Of a stretch of DNA of 64,000 bases, positions 53,671-64,000 are shown one piece after another. The notes under the pieces are model-generated. The model had not been told where the DNA came from, ran no database searches, and saw only the letters and a program-made list of their open reading frames with translations. Positions within the stretch are counted from its first letter, which is position 1, and every line of letters begins with the position of its first letter. Both the position numbers and the translations under genes were made by a program. Origin of the DNA: Octopus vulgaris (Eukaryota); NCBI GenBank assembly GCA_951406725.2, contig OX597818.1:68200001-68264000 (forward strand). Reading direction: 5' to 3'.

Positions 53671-53711
<41 letters not shown>

Positions 53712-54574
53712 GTATATATATTCATATATATATACACACACATATATATGTATGCATTACATACATGTATATTTACAAATACACACACACATATATACAT
53801 ATACATATTTATATACATACATGTATATTGACATAGAATTATATGTATATTTGTTCATACACACACACACGCATATTTATGTGTGTGTATGTGTTTATAT
53901 TGTGTGCATTTGGCCGTGTGCACATCTTCATATGTGTACATCTGTGCGTTGTGAGTGTATGTGTATAAATGTGTCTGCTACGAGAACAAATTTGAAAATT
54001 AAATTTAAAACAGATTGCAAACATAACAACAACAACAACAACATCAGCAAACAACAAACAGAAAGAAGAAAAAATGAACAAACATACAAACAACATATGC
54101 AAAAAAATGGAGCAAAAAATTGTTCATTTTGATGTATTTTGGAAGAAAATATATGTTTGGCTGGCTCGTTTATATGCTGAAGTCATTTATTGAGTAAATA
54201 AATTCTTCTTATTCATTTGGTAAAATGGAGAATAAAAAGCAAAATAAAATAAATGATATGATAAAAAAAAGATAAAAATGAAGAAACCAGCAAATATAGT
54301 AAAGAAAGAAAAAATACCCATAAACAAAACATTCAAATCAATAGCATTTACCTGTTTATGATATATAGGTGTAAAATAAAGAAAATTGACTCACCTAACA
54401 AATAACTATAAATATAGACTACTTTTAACCTGATAGTCTTAAAGAAATTGCTTAGAATGCACTGTACAAATTTGCCAAACGGTGCCGGAGAGGAACAAAA
54501 ACGAATAACGGCAAATGAAAGAAGAAATGCAATCATTTTAACAGACACCAAAATGGATTGATCTTTCATCTTCA

Positions 54575-55322
54575 TCTTTTACTTGTATCACTCATTAGAC
54601 CAAGCCCATACTGGGGCATGGCTTTCAGTTTTCAGCTGATTCAGTCAACCACAGAGTTTCTATATTCTTTTAAACCTTGTACTTATTCTTTCGGTTTCTT
54701 TTGCTGAACTGACAAGTTACAGGGACGTAAACAAACCGACACCAGTTGTCAAGCAGCAGCAGCAGGGACAAACCCCTTCTCACCTATATACATACAATGG
54801 GTTCCTTTCAGTTTCAGTTTACCTAATCCACTTACAAGGCTTTGATGGGCCCACAGCTATAATAGAAGAGATATGCTCAAGGTACTACACAATGGGACTG
54901 AACCCAGAACCATGTGGCTTGGAAGCAAACCTCTTACCACACTGCCACACTTGTGCCTTGCCTTTTATTCTATTATTCTTTTACTTGTTTCAGTCATTTG
55001 AATGAGGCCATGCTTGAGCAACACATTTAGTCGAACAAATCAACCCCAGGACTTATTCTTTATAAGCCTAGTACTTATTCTATTTGCTGAACTGCTAAGT
55101 TTCATGGATGTAAACACACCAACATCGGTTGTCAAGCAATAGTAGGGAAACAAACACAGAGACACACTCATATACAACGGGCTTCTTTCAGTTTCCATCT
55201 ACCAAATCCACTCACAAGTCTTTAGTCAGTTCGATGCTTTAGTAGACCAAGGTGATACGCAGTGGAACTGAACCCAGAACCATGTGGTTGGTAAGCAATC
55301 TTCTTACCACACAGCCACACCA
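54575..55322 (-). mobile_element. Two adjacent SINE A copies
   Basis: 54575-54950 and 54975-55322 both match family A. Confidence 0.85.
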
Positions 55323-55849
55323 CTACTTATATAGCATATTATGTTTATATTTATATGTATTAATGTGATTTTTTTATATAGTTTGTTTATCTTTTATATA
55401 TTTTGTTTTCTATTTCTTCTTTATTTTTGAGATTTGGTGTTTTGGGTTTGGTTGGGTTGGGTTGGGTTTGGTTTGGTTTTGTTTGGTTTGTCTGCTGCTT
55501 TCTTCTATTTTTATTTATTATATTTTATGTATTTATTTCTGGTATTTTCTTTTTTTTTTTTTTTTGAGGAAATTTCTGTGAGTCAAAGGTTAACTAATTG
55601 AGTCTATATTTAATTTGGTCAGCACTACATTGAACCAATGCCATCACCAACTGATTGAACTGGGAATTCTGCTTAATCTCTTCCACATGTTTAGTGTATT
55701 TGTATGTGTGTGTATGCACGTATGTGAACATGTATATGTATATGTGTGTATATATGTCTATAAATATATGTGTGTGTCTGTGAAATCAATGCAATATACA
55801 TTCAAATATATTTCAAATTTACCTATTTCTATGAAAATTGAAAATATGA

Positions 55850-55901
55850 ACAGTTTTAATCGAATTTTTTTACCATTTTTAGGGTTTCATCAGAGTGTCT
55901 A
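55850..55901 (-). ncRNA. Hammerhead-like motif, family F copy 1 (degenerate)
   Basis: TAGACACT-CTGATGA-AACCCT(AAAA)ATGGT-AAAAAAATTCGATT-AAAACTGT; homologous to 62427-62477. Confidence 0.45.
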
Positions 55902-56530
55902 CATAATTTAATCAATCCCAGAGAAACAAATAGCCAATCCATTTAGATAGACATTAAATCTGGTTGCTACAAAGCATGGCCTAGTGATTAGGGTGCTATT
56001 CTCATGATCACCACACTATGAGTTCAATTCCCACACTAGGTAATGTGTTGTGTTCTTTAGCAAAACACTTTATTTCATGTTGCACTAGGGCAGTGTGGGG
56101 ATCTGTATGGGAAACAATAATCCCATCGATTCTTCTGAAAGTTGTAAACGTCAACTAAAAGTGGTTGAGGTAGGATTTGCATGCCAACCTTGACAAACCC
56201 TCATCAGCAACGACTAAACAGACAGGTCCGTGGGTTGGAGGGTTTTTACCTGAGTGGTGCAGAGGAGACATCTGCCAGGTGTAGTAAGGAACACCAACAG
56301 CAATGCAACCCATACTGCTACTAATGCTTACAGGTGTTTAGCACTTAAACACCAAAGACATGTCAAGGGCTAACCTGGTCGATGCAGTATCAAGATATAA
56401 TTTATGTAAACTTAAACATGTCAAATTTGCTAATTTCTTTGGAAAAGGATGAAAATGTTTTTTATGGGTTTTCAATCTTGGAAAACATAATGGATTACAT
56501 TCCATTAAGAGGGACAGGACAGACATGTAT

Positions 56531-56685
56531 ACCTTATTTACATTATTTACATTTGATGGAAATTTATCCTCATCTTGTTTGTTGTTAACAACGTTTCGGC
56601 TGATATACTCTCCATCCTTCATCAGGTATCTTGGGAAAATTTAGAACCTGGGTTCTCATTTATAAGGTATTTTTCGATGTTGTTG

Positions 56686-56720
<35 letters not shown>

Positions 56721-56833
56721 GTTATTATTATTATTATTATTATTGTTGTTGTTATTATTATTATTATTATTATCATTGTCACTGCCTGGAATTAAACTTG
56801 GAGTCTTGGGGTTAGTAGCCACTACACCATTTG
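56531..56833 (-). mobile_element. Family D element copy 3
   Basis: Minus strand: CAAATGGTGTAGTGG…CTACTAACCCCAAGACTCCAAGTTTAATTCCAGGCAGTGAC-(AAT/AAC)n-…CTGATGAAGGATGGAGAGTATATCAGCCGAAACGTTGTT…TGTAAATAATGTAAATAA. Confidence 0.9.
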
Positions 56834-57462
56834 AAAGTGGGCAATTATTGAGTGAATTCTAGGGTTTATAAATCTAATATTTTCCTATCCTTCTTTAATA
56901 CCGGTTCCAATATGCTACTCACATATCATCTGACCCTTGCAGGCATGAAAATAAAGACTGTTACAATGAAGATAATAACAATGGGTCTTTGCTTCCAGTT
57001 CTTCAATCCTCATCTCCTTTATTCAAGTCAACTCTTTTATCTTGGAACTCCAAACATTTTCATGTCCAATTGTCCAATGGTTTTTACTGCTTATTCTTGA
57101 ACCATTTCCAACCCCGCATGCCAACATGGAATACTGAAAGATGGGGGGTAAAGGCAAATCATAATGATAGGTATCCAAATAGGGACAACCTCAATTATTC
57201 CATTTCTTTGTTTTTATCTCCTTTTTTTTAATACTATATTCTTTCAGTCATCCAATCATGTTTACCTTCACCTCTCTCCAACAATATTTACTGCTATTTT
57301 TTGCCTAACGATTTCCATTTCCAATTTCCCAGCCATTTTCGCCGCCAGTTCTGTAACAGTCTTCATCGTTGGTTCTTCAAACATTATTTCTTCATCCATA
57401 ACTCTCAGAAAGAAATTTACTTTTGCATTATTTACAAAGCATTTATGAGTTATTTGTTTCAG

Positions 57463-57686
57463 ATGTTCGAGGCTCCAAGAATCTGACAGATGTCTTTAAG
57501 CTGGAATCTTTATCTCGATTTATCACTGAACTCCACAACATTATTGGTGACAAACAAAACAACATTAATAACAATACAAACATAGTCAGCTGCAACAGAA
57601 GCACAGACAGCAGCAGCAGCAACAACAACAACACTACCACCAGCAGCAACAACAACAACACTACCACCACCAGCAACAACACTTGA
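57463..57686 (+). CDS. Possible terminal coding exon, product unknown
   Basis: Acceptor TTATTTGTTTCAG, open frame DVRGSKNLTDVFKLESLSRFITELHNIIGDK, then an N/S/T-rich tail and TGA. No homology recognised. Confidence 0.25.
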
Positions 57687-57797
57687 AGCAGCAGCAACAA
57701 CAGCAGAAACAACATTAATACTAATTGGTTTCTGTTAAACTGTCAGGTTAAATGAGTTTACAGTTGGTTGTTGGGCTACCTAAGCATTACACACACA

Positions 57798-57836
<39 letters not shown>

Positions 57837-57850
57837 ATATATATATATAT

Positions 57851-58275
57851 ATAGGTGCAGGAATAGCAATGTAGTAAGTAGTTTGCATACCAACCACATG
57901 GTTCTAAGTTCAGTGCCACTGCATGGCACCTTCAGCATCTGTCTTCTACAATAGCCTCGGGCCAACCAAAGACTTGTGAGTGGATTTAGTAGACGGAAAC
58001 TGAACGAACCCCATCGTATATATATATATATATAAATGTGTGCATGTGTGTGTGTTTGTGTGTCTGTGTTTGTCCTCCCAACATCACTTGACAACCTATG
58101 GCGGTGTGTTTACATGCTCATAACTTAGCAGTTCAGCAAAAACAGAGCAATAGAATAAGTACTAGGATTACAAGGGATAAATTCTGGGGTCACTTTGCTC
58201 AGCTAAAAGGTGGTACTCAAGCATGGCCACAGTCAAATGACTGAAGCAAATAAAAGAATAGAAACAAAGAAAGAA
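57851..58275 (+). mobile_element. SINE family A, full length
   Basis: Head and tail both match family A. Confidence 0.85.
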
Positions 58276-58352
58276 TATATATATATAAATATATGTATAT
58301 ATATATAGATATATATATATACTTACATACATATATGTGTGCGTTTGTATAT

Positions 58353-58469
<117 letters not shown>

Positions 58470-58522
58470 ATATATATGTATATGTATATATGTATATATG
58501 TATATATATATATGTATATATG

Positions 58523-58559
<37 letters not shown>

Positions 58560-58587
58560 CTTTAAAATTGAATAGAAGATATGAAAT

Positions 58588-58631
58588 CCACCTGATGAAT
58601 GTCATTTGAAGACAGGAAACAATTGTAGTAG
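58588..58631 (+). ncRNA. Minimal type-I hammerhead motif with intact catalytic core
   Basis: CCAC-CTGATGA-ATGTC(ATTTGAA)GACAG-GAAAC-AATT-GTA-GTAG: perfect CUGAUGA/GAAA, palindromic stem III ACAATTGT, GUA triplet. The stem II closing pair and one stem I pair are mismatched. Confidence 0.6.
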
Positions 58632-58729
58632 CGATTTATTTACTTTATATTAAAATTTTTTTTTATGTATTGATTAAGTCTTTCCTTGTTTGATTTGCAA
58701 AATAGTGGTTTTTGTCTCTAATTAATATT

Positions 58730-58796
<67 letters not shown>

Positions 58797-59661
58797 TATA
58801 CATACATACATACACACACACATGTTCAAATATGAATTAGATACAGTCCTAGTGTAATAACCATTATCACCCATGCACACACATACACACACACACACAC
58901 ACAGTGTTTGTGCTTTGCCTGTTCTGCTGGTCGGCTGTGATTTGGAATGGTGGTGAATATTCTTCCAAAGTGCTGGTTGCTTAAACACCTGAAAACCATG
59001 AACAGGTGAGCCAGCACATCCCAAATCCCATTCGCCATTTTTCTGACTTATACATATTCATACATACATACTTAACATGTATATATTTAGGCTTGGGTGT
59101 GGCTATAGGCAGAAGGTTGGCTTACAGGTGCAGGTGTGGCTATAGACACAGGTGTGGTTGTGTGCTTGAGATGCTTGCATCCAAACCATGTGATCTTGGT
59201 TTCAATGTCACTGAGTGGCACCTTCTGCAGGTGCCTTCTGCTAAAGCCCCTGGTCAGCACTTCTTTGTTTCTAGTCTTGCTGCCATTCCTGGCTCTCCAT
59301 CAATTCTCTCAAGAGGAAAAAAGGAACTCGTTTATCCCCGAACCTTAAATTCTTTATGACCTCAATTCTCCTTCTCTGTTCTTCTAACCTTCTTTGTCCA
59401 CTCAAGCCCTCACCTAATCTTTCTCACATCAACACACACCTTCCCTGCCTCCTCTTCTCTTCCCCCACCCAGCACATACCCTCTATATACCTTCAGCCAC
59501 GATTTTCCACCAACACTCCATCCCTGCCAATTCACATTTCTTCTTTCATACACATCCACCCTCTTCTCCACCCTTTTACCCAATTAACACTCCCCCCTTT
59601 CAGATACACATATACCATCTTATTCCACCTCATCAAGAGGCAAATACCCACATATATATAC

Positions 59662-60538
59662 ATATTTGTTTTGCAAGATTTTTGATGTGAAATCGTGAGT
59701 TGAAACAGATATTGTTGTATTTAGGAATGGTCATTTTGCCAGTTTAGCCAATAAAAGCACATATACCCCCCCACACACACACACACATACATATACTTCT
59801 GAACTTACATTAACAGTCTACCTCACACACAAACATATAATCACGCACCGACCCACACACCTACCCACTGTCACACACCCACACATCTCCCTTCTATACA
59901 TCACTCCCACCTTACTTAACAACTGGTCTGCCTTGTTCTGTGCTCTGTCCAACGCAGCAGTTAACCTTCAACATTCTCACACTCATAAACACACATGCAA
60001 CTATACAAAACACACACAGGTGTAGACCTACAAACACACATACACACTAACACACACTCACTTTATTATATCCTCGTCTGTTGTTCTTAACACACCTCCA
60101 CCATTACTTGTCTCTCTTCTACCATCAGCACAGGGTGAAACCACAGTGAAACAGCATGCGGTCCACTTCTCTTTTGCTGCTGCTTTTCATCCTTGCATTT
60201 TGATGCTGACTTTTTCACCATGGAAGTAATACACCACCACCCTTTTCACCTCTGGGATTTATCAATTCATCCCTGAATTTCTTGTTTCTCCTTATTTGTG
60301 CAACATATTTTTCAAAATCCTTTTGAAGGTTACAACATACGCATGTACACACACGCACATACACAGACACACAAACATACACACACGCACACTCATGCTT
60401 CAATAAACAACATGGTCTAGAAAATACAGCAAGTGTATCCATGAATTTATGATTAAATGTATATGCATGTGTGTCTATGTATGTATATAAATATATATAT
60501 GAATATACATACATGCATATTTAGGTACATACATACAT

Positions 60539-60587
<49 letters not shown>

Positions 60588-60737
60588 CACACACGCACAT
60601 ACTTACATACATATATACACATACATACATACACATATATCATCATCATCATCGTTTAACATCCGTTTTCCATGCTGGCAAGGGTTGGACGGTTCGATTG
60701 GGGTCTGGGAAGCCAGGAGGATGCACCAGGCCCCCAA

Positions 60738-60780
<43 letters not shown>

Positions 60781-61440
60781 ACATACATACACATACATAT
60801 GTACATATATACATGCTTGCATAGAACTGTGTGTGTGCATGTGTGGTGGACGTACACGGAGGATGTCTATTCATTTTTAATATCTCTTGGCAGATTTGAG
60901 CCTGAATCTCTGATCATTGTTGTTATCTACGTGTAGAGAACATCTGCTCTCTTAAACCTAAATGTGTTCACAACACCCGTGACTCACCAGCATAGATTTC
61001 GATACACCACAATGTTTTGATCTCATTGTGCATCTCTCTAGCTGAAGCAGCCTCCGACCTATTAACCTTAAAAGAACTTGAGATCTTAATTACAGGAACC
61101 TGCCAACTATTCTCCAATGGGTACAGATTTTGGCCAAACTAAGAGCAATTCATGGGAAGTGCAAATAGCAGAAAGAGTCCTAAGAATAACATATCTTTTT
61201 ATTCTCAGGACATTCTGGCAACAAGGTCAAAACACAAGGGTGTAACAAAGTCCCCTTACACAGGTGAATTACATCTGTTAGGAAAACATGTCGATTCAAT
61301 GGAAGAGAGGTTCTCCAATAGCAAGCAACAACAGCAATCGGATATTCACGTTCACTAAAAAGGAATAGCGACATGGTTGTCTGGATTCTTGTCATTTAAT
61401 ACGCAAGCTCTGAATTACATAATATATATGTATATATGGG

Positions 61441-61491
<51 letters not shown>

Positions 61492-61833
61492 TGTTGTATT
61501 TAGGAATGGTCACTTTGTCAGTTTAGCCAATAAAAACACACACACTATATATTTGGTTTTACTTTGCTTCAGTATTATTTAATTTTTACATTAATCTTAA
61601 TCTTATTTCGGCCAGTGTTCTTCCATCACACTCCTGTGACCGCATCAGTGGTCCTTTGCTTTCTTTTGTCTTATTTGTGTGTCTCTCCTTACTAACGGTC
61701 AGCCGAAGCAAAGTAACATCAAATATATAGTGCGTGTGCTTTTATTGGCTAAACTTGCAAAATGACCATTCCTAAATACAACAATATCTGTTTCAACTCA
61801 CGATTTCACATCAAAAATCTTGCAAAACAAATA
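59662..61833. repeat. Three copies of one repeat in direct and inverted orientation (59662-59760 +, 61488-61570 +, 61705-61833 -)
   Basis: ATATTGTTGTATTTAGGAATGGTCA…GTTTAGCCAATAAAA is shared by all three. Confidence 0.85.
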
Positions 61834-61855
61834 TATATATACACACATGTATATA

Positions 61856-61948
<93 letters not shown>

Positions 61949-62019
61949 GTATGTATATATATAGATGTATGTATGTATATATATATATGTATATATATAT
62001 ATATGTGTGTGTGTGTGTA

Positions 62020-62078
<59 letters not shown>

Positions 62079-62426
62079 TATATATGTGTGTGCGTGCATA
62101 TGTGTGTCTGTGTGTTTGTGTCTCCTCTTGGCATGCGTGACTGTTGTAAATTAATATCATTCAATTCCAATATCCTGCGAAAACATGTCTAGCCATAGGG
62201 AAATATTACCTTTCTTCAAAGGAGGTGGGTGTTTGTAATAGGAGGAGCATCTAGCTACAGAAAACCTGCCCCTAAACAGCGATCCAAGCCACAGAAGCAT
62301 TGAAAAGTAAATATTAAACCAGAAATGGTGATGGAGATATACTCTCAAAGTATATAAATATAGATGTAAAACAACACAGAAAGCCTGATACATTTAAATA
62401 TTTCTCCATAAATTCAAAAAAGATAA

Positions 62427-62477
62427 ACAGCTTTAATCAATTTTCAACCCTTATTAGGGTCTCATCTGAACTGTCTA
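62427..62477 (-). ncRNA. Hammerhead-like motif, family F copy 2 (degenerate)
   Basis: TAGACAGTT-CAGATGA-GACCCT(AATA)AGGGTT-GAAAATTGATT-AAAGCTGT. Confidence 0.5.
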
Positions 62478-63724
62478 CATCACTCAAGACCAATCCCAGA
62501 GAAACAAGTAACCAAATCCATTTATATAGAAATCAATTTTTTGAGTCCAGACCAGTGAAAGAACGAATCTACATATCTTGAATGTTTCACACTTTACTTG
62601 GTATCACAGATCAATATCCACTCAACTTGAAGTGCTCATAAAACTCAATACACTCATCTGTGACACTTAACAATCTCCGAAGCCACATCACAATACCAAT
62701 CAATACCGATTAACACCATTGAAAGCTATATCTCCTGTTCAATAGGAAATGTAGGCCACAGATACTTCAGCTAAGAGATGCTGGCTGTTGGCCACACGTT
62801 TAGTTGTTCTCTTCCTGTTGTTGTTTTGCTTTGTCTGTCTGTGTTTAAGATATTTAACGACTGGGCAACATATTTCACTTGCTTATATTCAGGTTTCTTT
62901 ACCTCACAAGCCAATATCGAGGCAACTAATTTGTTGCTTCAGTGTATAGAAACAGAATTCAAGAATAGTGTTGCCAGTGACTTCGAAGGTTTTCAGTTTA
63001 CTTAGCCTTTGTTGAACTGAGGTGCTTCTGTGCTCATCTTCAGTATATATATTATAGTCTCTACTAAGTTTTATGACTGAAACAAATAAAAGACTAAAAG
63101 AATGAAAGAATATCTTGCCGAAGTCATTTAAGGACTGACTAACAAGGTGAGCAGATTACAAAAAATTAACAAGTTTTAAATGGTGTTAATATATAAAACT
63201 TTTTCCCAAAACAAGAGAAAAGACACAAATGTTTTTGGAAGTTGGCTGGCATTGTTGACCTTCAAATGTTTTCATTCTAGAATTAGGAAGTCAAGTGGAT
63301 TGCAATGAGTGGACAAAGTCTTGTACTTTTAGTTCCATTAGGCCAGAGATCAAAATGGCTCTAATTTATTTTGTTTTGGTCCTGGGCAGAGGAACACTAA
63401 ATATACAAGTCTTATAAATTATGTTGTTTTAATGGACTGTGGTAGGACTGGCATGTCAAAGAATAGACCTCTGTCATGTAAGTGGTTGAAGGAAGATTTG
63501 CACTCATTAAACCCTCACCAGCAACAACTACGAAAACAGCCATGGGTTGGAGGGTTTTTGCTTGAGTGGGGCAGAGGAATTATCAGCCAGGTCTAGCAGA
63601 AAATCACCAAAAAAATGTGGATACAGTGACTCACAATTACTGTACATTCCCCCAAGCTACGACTGCTAATGCTGAGCAGGACAATAGTTACACAGACTTT
63701 AAAATTCTGTCGTTCTAACAAGAG

Positions 63725-63880
63725 GAATAACACTAATTATATTGTGTTAATGAGCATAACAACACTAATTGTATAAGCTTCACTAATTATATTACGTTAA
63801 TGAGTAAAACAATATTAATTATATTGACTTCCCTAATTACATTTTGTTCATTGACAGTAGAGCATTAATTATACTACTTC
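63725..63880. repeat. Degenerate AT-rich minisatellite (CACTAATTATATT… units)
   Basis: Direct reading. Confidence 0.7.
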
Positions 63881-64000
63881 GTCCCTATTCATCTCGCAGA
63901 CAGATACCTGGGAAAGTTATTTGTGACAAACCAACGTTTCATCCAGGTGGAAGAATTTATTTCCCATGCACTTCATTCAGTAAAACCAGAATTATGCAGG

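Noticed and set aside
56165-56212. Minus-strand CTGATGA-GGGTTTG…CAAATCC as a hammerhead
   Set aside because: The stem is followed by TACC, not GAAA, and the homolog at ~63510 reads CTGGTGA.

Overview
AT-rich, gene-poor eukaryotic DNA, very probably an octopus (cephalopod) intron or intergenic region; the taxon is inferred from recognisable SINE/RTE families and the extreme microsatellite load. No intact protein-coding gene can be supported, and nearly all supplied ORFs are translations of (TA)n, (CA)n, (AAT)n or (GAT)n repeats or of SINEs. The window holds three abundant SINE families (A, CORE-like; B, carrying the GCCTTTCATCCTTTCGGGGTCGAT core; C, tRNA-Arg-like head), RTE-clade LINE fragments, two decayed Penelope-like element (PLE) coding remnants (one with the GIY-YIG motifs), a Tc1/mariner remnant, a hAT MITE, a probable non-autonomous Helitron and an orphan 5S rRNA copy. 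The main hunt result is a repeated short element (family D, 4 copies) that joins a tRNA-like Pol III head, an (AAT)n tract and a minimal type-I hammerhead ribozyme, with PLE-style inverted ends: a candidate Penelope-mobilised, ribozyme-bearing SINE. At least five other unrelated minimal-hammerhead-like motifs, multimeric SINE-B insertions with a shared junction, and several long inverted repeats are also present. All alignments and folds were done by eye; no searches were run.
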